Positions 9,395-19,246 of a stretch of 64,000 bases of DNA are shown piece after piece (position 1 is the first letter of the stretch; each line of letters starts with the position of its first letter). This DNA comes from Burkholderiales bacterium (GTDB lineage Bacteria; Pseudomonadota; Gammaproteobacteria; Burkholderiales; Casimicrobiaceae): NCBI GenBank assembly GCA_025352105.1, contig JANXUB010000222.1, positions 38,542-102,541 on the forward strand, given 5' to 3'. A program made the translations under genes and the position numbers. Under the pieces are notes generated by a model. That model saw only the letters and a list, made by a program, of their open reading frames with translations. It searched no databases and was not told the DNA's origin.

Positions 9395-11737
9395 ATGAAA
9401 GATTGGAACAAAAAGATGACGGCGAGACAGTTGGGCGGAGGGATTGCCATCATGATGGCGGTGGGGCTAGCTGGGTGTGCAAGTACCCCCGGCGGCACGG
9501 GCGCTGCGGATCGCGCCGCGCCTTCGCGATCCGATACGCTTTATCCGCGGGTTGCAGCGAGTGCGCCGCGCCTGACCCAAGCCCCATCGGTGGTGCAGGC
9601 CGATCCAGCGAATGCGAGAACCGACACGGCTGATCGTGTCAAGATGTCCCTAGGCAATGATCGCACCTTCCGCATCCCACAAGCGCGCCCCGCCGACGGC
9701 GACGAACAGGGCACGATCACAGTCAATTTCGAGAACGGCGACATCCGCGAAATCGTACGCAACCTGATTGGCGATGCGCTGGGCGAAGGCTTTGTCATTG
9801 ATCCAGCGGTGACCGGCACGGTAACTGTTCGTACGGCAAAAGGTATCAAGCGCTCGGACATCATTCCGACCCTTGAAATGCTCTTGCGCATGGTCAAGGC
9901 GGTAGTGGTCAAGGAAGGTAACTACTGGCGCATATTGCCCGAAGGTGGTGCGAATCTGGGAACTGCGGCGCCGCGAATACAGCTGCGGCCAGCGGGTGGC
10001 AATGGCGTCATCATCTTGCCGGTCCGTCATATCGGCGCAAAAGAACTGGAACGGGTCATGGCACCGTTCGCTAAGCAACCGGCTACCGGTTCTATTCGCG
10101 TCGACGAGTTGCGTAATCTGCTGTTTCTCACCGGGACCGAGGCCGAGATTCGCAACATGCTCGAAATTGCCGAGATGTTCGATGTGAACCTCATGGCGGG
10201 CATGTCTTTTCTCGTCTATCCCCTGGAGTCGGCCGACGTTAAATCCGTGGCCGCTGACTGGGAGAAAATCTTCCCCGCCGCAAGCAACCCGTTCGCTGGC
10301 CTTCTGCGCGTAGTGCCGATCGAGCGAATGAATGCCGTGCTACTGATCTCGCCGCAGCGTGACGTTATTCTCGAAGCCCGCCAGTGGCTCGAGCGGCTGG
10401 ATAAAGGCACTGACGCGGGCGGCGGCGCTCGACTGTATGTTTATTATCTGCAATTCACGCAGGCAGAGAAGCTGCAGGCGATCTTGCAACAGGCCGTCAC
10501 TGGGCGGGTCAATCAGACGACGACAGCAGCTACTGTCGCTCCGGGGCAAACGGCCACAACGCTGAGTTCGGCCGTTTCGCCGATAGCAGGCCAGCCACTG
10601 ATCACTCCGGGCAATACGTTTAACAACCTGCAAACCACGACGGCGCAACGACCGTTCGTCAACACGCCCAGTGTTGCCGGAGCAGCGGGTCAGCCAACTG
10701 GACTCGCCCGTAACGCAAACGTCATTGCCGACAAAGACCGTAATGCACTGCTGATCGTTGCCACGCCATCAGAATATGCCGCCATAGAGTCGGCCATCAA
10801 GAAGTTGGACACGGCACCAAAGCAAATTGCTATTGAAGTTCAAATCGCGCAGATTCAACTCACGGGCGATTTTTCGTTTGGGCTGAGCGGATTGTTCACG
10901 GGCAAACCCAATGCGCCTATCAACCGTATGACTTCTGCCAATGGCATTGGAACTCTGGCTAATGCGGCTGCGGGGGCGGCGTTCAATTACACCTGGTCTG
11001 TGGGTTCCGCCGTGAAGGCGGCGATCGACACATTGCAGACGACATCACAATACCGCACGATCGCCTCTCCAACACTGATAACGCTCGACAATCAAAAGGC
11101 TTCTTTTGTTTCGGGGCAACAAATATCCGTCACCACTGGCACCGTCACGACGCCTACCGCCACAGTGATCGGCTCCGCGAACACAACGTCTACGACACAA
11201 CAATACATCTCGACGGGTATCACCGTGAATGTCACGCCGCGTGTTAGCGGAAACAATGTGTTTCTCGAAATCAATCAACAAACCAGCAATGCGGCTGCCG
11301 CGCCCGCTGGACAAAATCCGAATATTGATACAAAGAGCGTCACAACAACGCTCATGGTGCCGAACGGCGACACCATTTTGATGGGTGGATTCATTCAGGA
11401 TTCCACAACAAAGGGCACTGCCGGCATTCCTTTCGTTTCGACCATCCCGGTACTAGGCGGTTTATTTGGAAATCAGACGTCGGACTCCAATAGATCGGAG
11501 CTGGTTATGCTGATTACACCCCGCATCATGGCGACCATTGAGGAAACACGGAGCGTAGTCGACGAACTTCGTCAAAGTATGAGCAGCATTGAAGGCAGCA
11601 TGCCTCAGGTCGGAACGCGCGGACTTCCAACGGCATCCGAAGCACGCCAGGAGCTCAAAGATCGTCGTGCTGCCGAGAAAATTCCAAACGAGTTCAATCA
11701 ATCGCTCAAAGTGCAGCCTAACAATGCCCAACAGTGA
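9395..11737 (+). CDS. gspD: type II secretion secretin GspD, predicted lipoprotein
   Basis: 780 aa; N0/N1 domains, C-terminal secretin signature GIPFVSTIPVLGGLFGNQ...ELVMLITPRIM; N-terminal lipobox VGLAGC. Confidence 0.92.
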   Translation: MKDWNKKMTARQLGGGIAIMMAVGLAGCASTPGGTGAADRAAPSRSDTLYPRVAASAPRLTQAPSVVQADPANARTDTADRVKMSLGNDRTFRIPQARPADGDEQGTITVNFENGDIREIVRNLIGDALGEGFVIDPAVTGTVTVRTAKGIKRSDIIPTLEMLLRMVKAVVVKEGNYWRILPEGGANLGTAAPRIQLRPAGGNGVIILPVRHIGAKELERVMAPFAKQPATGSIRVDELRNLLFLTGTEAEIRNMLEIAEMFDVNLMAGMSFLVYPLESADVKSVAADWEKIFPAASNPFAGLLRVVPIERMNAVLLISPQRDVILEARQWLERLDKGTDAGGGARLYVYYLQFTQAEKLQAILQQAVTGRVNQTTTAATVAPGQTATTLSSAVSPIAGQPLITPGNTFNNLQTTTAQRPFVNTPSVAGAAGQPTGLARNANVIADKDRNALLIVATPSEYAAIESAIKKLDTAPKQIAIEVQIAQIQLTGDFSFGLSGLFTGKPNAPINRMTSANGIGTLANAAAGAAFNYTWSVGSAVKAAIDTLQTTSQYRTIASPTLITLDNQKASFVSGQQISVTTGTVTTPTATVIGSANTTSTTQQYISTGITVNVTPRVSGNNVFLEINQQTSNAAAAPAGQNPNIDTKSVTTTLMVPNGDTILMGGFIQDSTTKGTAGIPFVSTIPVLGGLFGNQTSDSNRSELVMLITPRIMATIEETRSVVDELRQSMSSIEGSMPQVGTRGLPTASEARQELKDRRAAEKIPNEFNQSLKVQPNNAQQ

Positions 11738-11811
11738 CTCGATTGTTGTATCGATGCAACAGCGCGTTATCCCAGCAGGCTGGGGCTTTGAGCAACCCTT
11801 TAACTATAAAT

Positions 11812-12249
11812 ATGAGCCTTAAAACCCTTCCCCAAATCGTGACAATCGCAGCCGCTCTGGTGGCTTCCGTGCTTTTGACGGCGTGCGCTACGACGGGTGT
11901 TGCGCCAGCGCAAAAACTCACGCCCGAGCAACTGCAAAAGCGCGCTACGGAGCGCTCAACCGCACGCTGGAAAGCCTTGACAGACAAGCGTTTCAGCGAT
12001 GCCTTCGGGTTTCTGTCGGAGGCCTCAAGGGCGAGCGTTTCGGCAATTGAACACGAGGCCGCCATGAAACGCATGGGGTACCTGGCGGCTACTGTAGAGA
12101 GCGCCAGCTGTGATGATTCGATTTGCAGCGTCAAAACGATCGTCATGCTTCCCATTTTTGTCCGTGGCGTCGGCGCGCGTCCCCAAAATGTGCCGGTAGA
12201 AGAACAGTGGATTTTGAACGGCGGTGAACTATGGTTGATCCGGCGCTAA
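11812..12249 (+). CDS. small lipoprotein of unknown function
   Basis: signal peptide with lipobox LLTAC after MSLKTLPQIV; an alternative GTG at 11734 would overlap the gspD stop (GTGA) but gives an atypical leader. Confidence 0.6.
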   Translation: MSLKTLPQIVTIAAALVASVLLTACATTGVAPAQKLTPEQLQKRATERSTARWKALTDKRFSDAFGFLSEASRASVSAIEHEAAMKRMGYLAATVESASCDDSICSVKTIVMLPIFVRGVGARPQNVPVEEQWILNGGELWLIRR

Positions 12250-12356
12250 AAACTGTTGTAGACTTCAGTCAAGGGCAAATGTCCGAAAAAACTAATATTG
12301 CTGTTGGTTCTAAAGTGATCACTCAAAAACTCAATGCAGAGGAGTCAAATCTAAAT

Positions 12357-13799
12357 ATGAAAACGTTCAAGCAAAAAGCGCTATTTTCCGCTCTCGCGGG
12401 TGCCAGCGCCTTCGCTATGGCGGGCGCTGCGAATGCCGTCTACGTCAATGCTGATGGTCTCGGCCAAGCACTTGTCTACCCTTACTATACTGTCCGCGCA
12501 GGTAACGTAACGTTGCTGTCGGTGGTAAACACAACAACTCAGGCGAAAGCAGTCAAGGTACGTTTCCTTGAAGGCAAAAACTCGCAAGAGGTGTTGGACT
12601 TTAACTTGTTCCTGTCTGCTAAAGACGTTTGGACTGGTTTGATTTCTCCTACGGCAGCTGGTGCAACCATCCTGACCGCAGACAAGAGCTGTACCAATCC
12701 AAAGATCCCAACGGGTGGTGCGGACTTCCGTAACTTCCTGTTTGTGACTGATGCAGCCGCACTTCAAACGCTTGATCGTACCCGTGAAGGTTACGTCGAG
12801 ATGATTGAAATGGCGACCATTGCAAACGATTCGGCGCTCGGCAAAGACGTTACCCACGTCGGCGGTGTTCCGGCTTGTAAGCTGACTACGGATTCGAGCT
12901 TTATTGCTGCGTCTGGTCTGACTGTGCCATCGGGTGGTATGTTCGGTAACGGAACCATCCTGAACGCCGCAGGCGGCGCCAGCACGGGTTACGATGCTGT
13001 AGCTATCGACGGTTTGGGATGGCAGCGTCCTCCAGTGACGATTTCGGGTGATACGACCCCGAATTTGGCAGGTAACTTGTCTACCAGCAAGACCAGCGTT
13101 GTCACTAACGGCGGTAACCTGTACATCACTAACTGGCTCAACACGATTTCTGCAGTATCGGCAACGATGATGCATGACAATGTGTATGGTGAGTATGCCT
13201 TCACGACTGATGGAATCATCGGTACGGATTGGGTCATCACGATGCCTACGAAGAGCCAGTATGTGAACGGCACGACACCTAGGCCTCCTTTCCAGCGCAT
13301 TTGGGATACGACGAATGGTGTCTCGTGTGACGACGTTCAGTTGATCTCAACCGATCGTGAAGAATTCGTTGGTATCACCAATGATGACTTCTCACCACGT
13401 CCGCCAGCAGCTAAGGGCAATGCTCTTTGCTACGAAGCCAACGTGATTTCGTTTGGTGGTGTCACGGCGACTGGCGCAAGCTTGACGCTGGGCTCGACCA
13501 ATGACGTAGGCATCAAGCCGGTTCAAAACCAAGGCCTTGAAGTTCCTACAGCTGGCAAAGAAGGCGGCTGGTTGGCGTTGACGTTCACAAACCCGAACGC
13601 ACAGATTTCTGGTACGGGCGAGATCATCAACACGACCGGTGCAACGGGTGCGACGACTTCGGGCGTGGGCACACCTATGACTTACTTCGGTCTTCCAGTG
13701 GTTGGCTTCGCGATCTCTGGCGCTTCGTTCAAAACGGGTAATCCGCAGCAGAACTACAGCAACAGCTACACGCTCAAATACTCGCGCAAGATTCAATAG
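12357..13799 (+). CDS. exported protein of unknown function (about 480 aa, beta-rich)
   Basis: GGAG 12 nt upstream of the ATG, Sec signal MKTFKQKALFSALAGASAFAMAGAANA, strong terminator downstream, distinct codon choice (GGT/CGT/ACT/TCT-rich). Confidence 0.75.
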   Translation: MKTFKQKALFSALAGASAFAMAGAANAVYVNADGLGQALVYPYYTVRAGNVTLLSVVNTTTQAKAVKVRFLEGKNSQEVLDFNLFLSAKDVWTGLISPTAAGATILTADKSCTNPKIPTGGADFRNFLFVTDAAALQTLDRTREGYVEMIEMATIANDSALGKDVTHVGGVPACKLTTDSSFIAASGLTVPSGGMFGNGTILNAAGGASTGYDAVAIDGLGWQRPPVTISGDTTPNLAGNLSTSKTSVVTNGGNLYITNWLNTISAVSATMMHDNVYGEYAFTTDGIIGTDWVITMPTKSQYVNGTTPRPPFQRIWDTTNGVSCDDVQLISTDREEFVGITNDDFSPRPPAAKGNALCYEANVISFGGVTATGASLTLGSTNDVGIKPVQNQGLEVPTAGKEGGWLALTFTNPNAQISGTGEIINTTGATGATTSGVGTPMTYFGLPVVGFAISGASFKTGNPQQNYSNSYTLKYSRKIQ

Positions 13800-13820
13800 T
13801 CTTCGCTTGAGTTTGATGAA

Positions 13821-13846
13821 AAGAGGGCCTTCGGGCCCTTTTTTTA
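13821..13846 (+). terminator. rho-independent terminator
   Basis: agggcc-ttcg-ggccct stem followed by a T7 run. Confidence 0.8.
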
Positions 13847-13966
13847 TTGATATCAAGTACCGTTGGTCGGTTCCGCGCAACAAAAATAAAGCGAATCGAC
13901 TAAAATATGGAGATAAGTTTCGGGGGCGACACTGTCAAATTCGACGATACTTTAGAGGATGGCTGT

Positions 13967-15202
13967 ATGAAAAGAGTTTTAAGTTTGATATGTGTGCTCG
14001 GCATATATTCACTAATTGGCACGTCGGCGGCACAGACCCCGTCAGCCGCAGGTAAGTCAGACACGACTTGCACGCAGACCGATGCGCTGACCTTAGTTTG
14101 CAGCACAACAACGAGATTGACCTTGCCCGCAGGCGTAAGTCTGGCGAATATGACGCTCCCCGCCGGCACAGCCGCTGGCCCTGCGTGCACTTCACTAACC
14201 GCTTCACCTTCGTCGCAAATCGCTGCCAGCACACCCACAACCATTTCGCTTAGCGTGAATGGATGTCCGACTTCAAGCGCTTACACGTATTCATGGGCCG
14301 CGCCCGTTTCGTCTTCCACAACGGGTGCCACTGCTTCGAATACCGTTACGCTTTCCAACAGCGTTCCCACGCAGTCGTACTCGGTCACCGTATGTTTCGC
14401 GGCGAATCCGGGTGCCTGTTCGACGTACACCGCTACGGTGTCCGTAGTTCCTTCGGTTGTTATTCCATCGTTGGCAGGCTGTGCAGTCACTCCTGCCTCG
14501 ACCAGCGTTGTTGTTGGAGGAACTACCTCTCTGTCAGTCGCTTGCAGCGCAGGAACTGCCGCCGGATCCGGCGTGAGTTATCAGTGGTATCGCGGTGCTT
14601 CGGCCGTTGGCGCAAACAGTTCGACGTACTCGGTCTCCGCAGCTGACACGGCCTCTGCCGGAAATCTGACGTTCCGAGTGGACATCGCCAATAGCGCGCC
14701 AAGCACACAGTCGGCAAGTGCTACAGTCACGGTGACCCCGCCAGTAAGTAATGTCGTTGACTATTGCCCTTCCTCACCGGTTCGCTTAGTTTTCAACGCG
14801 TCGGAGCCTTATCGAAAAATTTACACTTCTGACTTCGGCAGTACTCCACCGGGCGGCTACTTTGTAGTGGCTGTGGATGTAACCGCAAGTGACTCAACCG
14901 TTGGCCGCTATTTGGCTGAAGTTGGATACAGTGACTTTGGCGCCACTCGGAGCGGACGCTATGTCACGTTGTCTAAATCCAAATGCGACTTCACAGATGC
15001 GGCGCAATGGTTATCGGTCAATGTAGGCGGAGTAAAGTTGGCCGATAACGCAGGCGGCGGAACCGTTGCAATGGGAGCGGAATCGCGTGCAGCCAATGCC
15101 AAATTGACCCCGGGCCGTTGGTACCTGAATTTTCAGAACGCTCCCGGTGCTTGCCCGTCCTATGTGTCATCGTGCGACACGGTGATTGGTTGGGCTAACT
15201 AG
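13967..15202 (+). CDS. exported protein with two Ser/Thr/Ala-rich Ig-like repeats and a C-terminal globular domain
   Basis: GAGGA before the ATG, signal peptide MKRVLSLICVLGIYSLIGTSAAQ, internal repeats each ending ...SATVTV/ATVSVV, Cys pairs. Confidence 0.7.
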   Translation: MKRVLSLICVLGIYSLIGTSAAQTPSAAGKSDTTCTQTDALTLVCSTTTRLTLPAGVSLANMTLPAGTAAGPACTSLTASPSSQIAASTPTTISLSVNGCPTSSAYTYSWAAPVSSSTTGATASNTVTLSNSVPTQSYSVTVCFAANPGACSTYTATVSVVPSVVIPSLAGCAVTPASTSVVVGGTTSLSVACSAGTAAGSGVSYQWYRGASAVGANSSTYSVSAADTASAGNLTFRVDIANSAPSTQSASATVTVTPPVSNVVDYCPSSPVRLVFNASEPYRKIYTSDFGSTPPGGYFVVAVDVTASDSTVGRYLAEVGYSDFGATRSGRYVTLSKSKCDFTDAAQWLSVNVGGVKLADNAGGGTVAMGAESRAANAKLTPGRWYLNFQNAPGACPSYVSSCDTVIGWAN

Positions 15203-15217
15203 ACCAAGCGGTCGCAC

Positions 15218-15250
15218 AAACGCGCCCGCTTCGGCGGGCGTTTTTATTTT
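15218..15250 (+). terminator. rho-independent terminator
   Basis: cgcccgc-ttcg-gcgggcg stem followed by a T run. Confidence 0.8.
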
Positions 15251-15271
15251 ACAAACCCATTTTATTTGCCC

Positions 15272-16234
15272 ATGAAATTAGCATTGCTTACGTTTCTGTT
15301 CGCTGCCACATCGTGCGTGGGCTTTGCCACGTCCGCTACGCTTGCGAAACAGGGTGACATTACTGTCTCCACAGAGGACTTTTACGCGTATCACTTCATG
15401 AACACCCCAAAAAGGGTGGAAGCACTTCGAGAAAGTCCGAAGGAGTTGCAGAGCACGATTGTTGAAGTATTTACGCCGCGCGCATACCGCAAGCATCCGG
15501 AGTTGCAGGCCAAGAAAGACAATGAGGAGCAGCGCTATTACGGGCTACAGCTTGAGCGAGCTCCCTTACTTGCCGATCTCAATCTAATCGAACGTCGCAC
15601 GCGGGCTGCGTTTAATGCGGCAGATGCGACCACCGTCGCTCGCGCGAAAGAAATTTGGATCGCCGACTCCGCTAGATTCATGGAAGAAGAATCTGCCGAC
15701 ATCACACAAATCTTTTTTGACTTTGGACTTCGTACTTATCCAGAGACCATCGCGCGCATCGAGGAAGCACAGAAGCAGCTCGCTGACGGAGCATCGTTCG
15801 ACGAGGTGCTGTCGCGCTATACCGATGACAAGGCGGCCAAGGAGACCAAAGGCAAGCTTACTAATATTTCATCAGCGCGCTCGGACCCATTGATGGGCAT
15901 TCTGATTTTCAAAAAACTGACTGAGGGTCAGGTATCACCGCCTACGCCGTCGCGAATCGGCTTGCACATTGTCAGGCTCGACAAAAAGCATCCAAAACGC
16001 CAGCGCCCGTTTGAAGAGGTCAAAGGAAAGATATTTGAGCTACTCATGGAGGATGCGGTGAAGCGCGCCCGCTCGGCCTTTGTCGAAAATCTAACGCGCG
16101 ACGAAATTACTGTGGACGAGAAAGCCTTCAATGATTTCCTTATTAAGGACGACCCCGCCCTTGAAGAGAAGCGCCGCGAAGTCTACAAGCAGCTCGGAAT
16201 TCCTATCTCAGCTCCGATTGATAGCAAGAGGTAG
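15272..16234 (+). CDS. periplasmic parvulin (PpiC/SurA-like) peptidyl-prolyl isomerase family protein
   Basis: signal peptide; rotamase-like block DGASFDEVLSRYTDD...GKL...GLHIVRL; the usual catalytic His context appears divergent. Confidence 0.55.
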   Translation: MKLALLTFLFAATSCVGFATSATLAKQGDITVSTEDFYAYHFMNTPKRVEALRESPKELQSTIVEVFTPRAYRKHPELQAKKDNEEQRYYGLQLERAPLLADLNLIERRTRAAFNAADATTVARAKEIWIADSARFMEEESADITQIFFDFGLRTYPETIARIEEAQKQLADGASFDEVLSRYTDDKAAKETKGKLTNISSARSDPLMGILIFKKLTEGQVSPPTPSRIGLHIVRLDKKHPKRQRPFEEVKGKIFELLMEDAVKRARSAFVENLTRDEITVDEKAFNDFLIKDDPALEEKRREVYKQLGIPISAPIDSKR

Positions 16235-16334
16235 GGCTGATCGCGCGTGCACCTCAAAATGCTGCGGCCACTGGGAGCACTGAGTATTGGCACGGCTTGC
16301 GGATTGAGTTGAGATCTGCGAGTACAGGCACTCG

Positions 16335-16496
16335 CTAGGGCGACACTGAATTAATCGCCGCCCCGGCGAAGGCCTGGGCCTACGCCCGTCACAAGTCGTT
16401 GATTTTGTGGAGAGCCTACCGCGGCGCAGGCCGGGGGCGTGGATACCGGCCTTCGCCGGTATGGCTAGGAAACAGCATTATTCAGCGTTTCCCTAG
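16335..16496. mobile_element. MITE-like element with ~20-bp terminal inverted repeats (family 2, long copy)
   Basis: ctagggcgacactgaattaat ... attattcagcgtttccctag; internal palindromes ccggcgaaggcc/ggccttcgccgg. Confidence 0.55.
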
Positions 16497-16645
16497 AGGA
16501 GGTCGTGTTGCGATCTCCTCGTGAAATAACGCTTTCCCGCTTTCGCTAAAGTGCGGCTGCACTAGGCGGAAGTAGGCGCCCGCGACCGCGATCTTCACCG
16601 TCTACGCGCTTGTCGAGGACTAGCAACCGACGGTGCGTGACGAAA

Positions 16646-17218
16646 CTAAACGTGCAGCGCCGCCAGCGCGCCCACAATGATTCCCAGAGCCGTCACACTA
16701 AACATCCCATACTCCACCCAGCGCTTCTTCGTCAGCAATGCAATCGCAGCGAGCGCAATGGCAATTTGCAGAACGGTCGTTGCCTGCGCCCAGCGATGAT
16801 GCTGATGCATCTCATCATCGCTTTTTTTATCCCACTCGGTTGACGCGGCTTCAAGCTTCTCGGCGTCCTTCTTGATGTCGGCTTTTTCCTTTTTGTAGCG
16901 AACGATTTCTTCTGTGTAGAACTGCTTTTTCGTTTCGGGGGCGAGCTCAATGGCCAGTTCGCTCAGGTTCTGTTTGCTGCTCTTGGCCTGGTAGTAGTTC
17001 CACTGATTCGACGCTTCGGTCTTCTTGATTGCCGCGTTGTTTTTGTAGAGGCCCGCATTCGCCTGTGTTGCTCCGCCCATGTACGCAAAAATTGCGCCGA
17101 TGGTGGCAATGATCGCCGTTACGACAGCGATGGCACCGGCGTGCGTGTCTCCGTGCTGCCCTGCGTGTTCGAGTTCGTGATCGTGGGGTCCGTGTACATG
17201 AAATCCGCCGCCTGACAT
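16646..17218 (-). CDS. DUF4337-like membrane protein
   Basis: His-rich N-terminus, TM, coiled region with NQWNYYQAKS, C-terminal TMs; family assigned from memory. Confidence 0.6.
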   Translation of the reverse strand: MSGGGFHVHGPHDHELEHAGQHGDTHAGAIAVVTAIIATIGAIFAYMGGATQANAGLYKNNAAIKKTEASNQWNYYQAKSSKQNLSELAIELAPETKKQFYTEEIVRYKKEKADIKKDAEKLEAASTEWDKKSDDEMHQHHRWAQATTVLQIAIALAAIALLTKKRWVEYGMFSVTALGIIVGALAALHV

Positions 17219-17519
17219 GGTGTGTCTCCGTTGGGTGTGTCTTGTTGATGGCTCATCGTGGCCTGCTGCAAGGCGTTATCCGCGAGCATGATTCTATGGC
17301 ACTGTCCGTTATAGATTGACTACACTCACGCACGCGTGCAAGCAAGCTCGAGCCGCGCCTTCTGTGTGAATTGTTCGCGTCGAATCGAATGATTCTTGTA
17401 GCGCAGAGTCGTGGGAATGGTTCGATGCCACGTTTTCTACGTCATGCCCGACTAGACCAAGCGCTTGCTTCGCCCGAAATCAGCCCACAAAAAAGCCTTA
17501 TTTTGAGTAGTCCAGTAGC

Positions 17520-19220
17520 GTGAGTTCGTCGACTTCCGATAGATACCCCGACGCACTGCGTGTGGGGACTGCGCTTGGCGAGTTCACCATCACGGACGTG
17601 ATCGGCGAAGGGGGCTTTGGCACGGTTTATCTCGCCTACGAGGAGACGCTTGACCGCACGGTTGCGATCAAGGAGTACTTGCCAGTCACCATCGCCGCAC
17701 GCGCGAATGACCAGACGGTTCTTGTCCGGTCGGAAGGCAATCGCGATGCCTATGCAGCCGGGCTGCAAAGCTTCATGCGGGAAGCGCGCTTGCAGGCCCG
17801 TTTCTCGCACCCCGCCATGCTTGAGGTCTATCGGGTGTGGGAGCAAAACGGCACCGCGTATATGGCGATGCGGTACTACCCCGGCGAATCGCTACGCGAT
17901 CTGCGCCGGAATACCGGGTCGTCCGTAACGATTGATGAGGCGTGGATCAAGCGGATTCTGCTACCTGTGTTTGACGCGGTGCGCGAGCTGCATTCACATA
18001 GCGTGTTGCACCGCGACGTTTCGCCAGACAACATTCTTATCCTTCCATCGGGCGCGCCCGTTCTGCTCGACTTCGGCGCAGCGCGAATGGTGGTCGCTGG
18101 CGCTGCGCAGTCGCTGACGACCGTGCTCAAGCCCGGTTATGCGCCGATTGAGCAATACGCAGGCGACGGCACGATGGAGCAAGGTCCGTGGACCGACGTC
18201 TACGGCCTGGGCGCTGTGCTGTATTTTCTGGCGATTGGTAACCCCCCGCCGCAAGCCGTTACGCGAATGATGGCTGACACACTGCCCGGGTTCGACAAAA
18301 GCGTCGCGGGCCGATACACCGAGGAATTCGCGGCCGCCATAAAAGGTGCTCTGGCAGTACTGCCCGAAAACAGACTTCAAAGCGTTACTGAGCTCATTAA
18401 AGCGCTGCATTGGGACGACCCGCAACGGGGGCAACATTCGCTGTCGACTCGTGTCGCAAACCAGCCCAACGTCGCCGAAGCCCGGACGGTCGTTGATTTG
18501 CGTACGGTCGTCACGGGGGCGGCAGCTAAGAAGCATGCGCCTCAAGTGCCCGCCGATGATGACCGAACGGTAGTGTCCGTTAACACTAACTTTTCCCGAC
18601 TTGCCGTTGAGCAGGCGACTGTCATTCCGGCTGCGCCTGTTCGGCCCGTTGCTTTAGCGGTATTGCCAGCACCAGCGCCGTCGTCACCGCAACAGCCCAC
18701 GCTGCCAGAGTTATCGCGCGCACGCAGCGGGTGGCGGGGCGGCGTCGCGCTGCTCGCTTTGCTGCTTTTGCTGGGCGGGACGTATGTTGCAGTCGAACGA
18801 TTTTGGCGTACTGGGCCAACGCAACTTCCACCGGCGCAATCTGTACCACCCACGAGTTCAGGCGCGACTCCCGCACCTCCGGTGCCATCGCCGCCTCAGC
18901 AATCAGTTGATACGAAAGCGATGGACACACTCCCCGCTGCGACACCAACCGCACCCACGTTAGAAAAAGCAGGTGAAAGCGCAAAAACTACCAGTGCACC
19001 GCCCGCCGCCTCAAAACCAACGAAAAGCGCGCCCGTAGTTGCGCCACCGAAGCAAAAGCCGCCAGCGATCACGCCCAGCCAAGCGACCAGGGCGAAACCT
19101 CCTGCGGCAGAGGATGCCCCCTCAGTTCGTCCGGGTTGCGAACGAATATTCGCTAAACTGTCCTTGGGTGCAGCGGAGCTGACAGAGGTTGAACGGCAAA
19201 AGCTGGCTGCCTGCAAATAG
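17520..19220 (+). CDS. Ser/Thr protein kinase with TM and Pro-rich periplasmic tail
   Basis: GEGGFGTVY P-loop, AIKEY lysine, HRDVSPDNIL catalytic loop, DFGAAR; GTG start; TM GVALLALLLLLGGTYVAV. Confidence 0.88.
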   Translation: MSSSTSDRYPDALRVGTALGEFTITDVIGEGGFGTVYLAYEETLDRTVAIKEYLPVTIAARANDQTVLVRSEGNRDAYAAGLQSFMREARLQARFSHPAMLEVYRVWEQNGTAYMAMRYYPGESLRDLRRNTGSSVTIDEAWIKRILLPVFDAVRELHSHSVLHRDVSPDNILILPSGAPVLLDFGAARMVVAGAAQSLTTVLKPGYAPIEQYAGDGTMEQGPWTDVYGLGAVLYFLAIGNPPPQAVTRMMADTLPGFDKSVAGRYTEEFAAAIKGALAVLPENRLQSVTELIKALHWDDPQRGQHSLSTRVANQPNVAEARTVVDLRTVVTGAAAKKHAPQVPADDDRTVVSVNTNFSRLAVEQATVIPAAPVRPVALAVLPAPAPSSPQQPTLPELSRARSGWRGGVALLALLLLLGGTYVAVERFWRTGPTQLPPAQSVPPTSSGATPAPPVPSPPQQSVDTKAMDTLPAATPTAPTLEKAGESAKTTSAPPAASKPTKSAPVVAPPKQKPPAITPSQATRAKPPAAEDAPSVRPGCERIFAKLSLGAAELTEVERQKLAACK

Positions 19221-19246
19221 CAGGTCACAAAATCAAAGGAGGCCTC

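Noticed and set aside
12231-12356. Upstream-extended starts in the ORF track (12231, 13907, 50899, 54670, 57702, 59507, 37308, 39892, 45049)
   Set aside because: In each case an internal ATG or GTG preceded by a Shine-Dalgarno gives a proper signal peptide or a conserved N-terminus. The extension either overlaps the previous gene or adds non-homologous residues.
17280-17400. Possible degenerate reverse-orientation copy of the 125-bp element upstream of the kinase gene (ccgttatagattgactaca ... caagctcgagc ... cttgtagcgc)
   Set aside because: The block spacing does not match the seven clear copies, and the core is CTCGAG rather than GTCGAC. It is too weak to call without a model-based scan.
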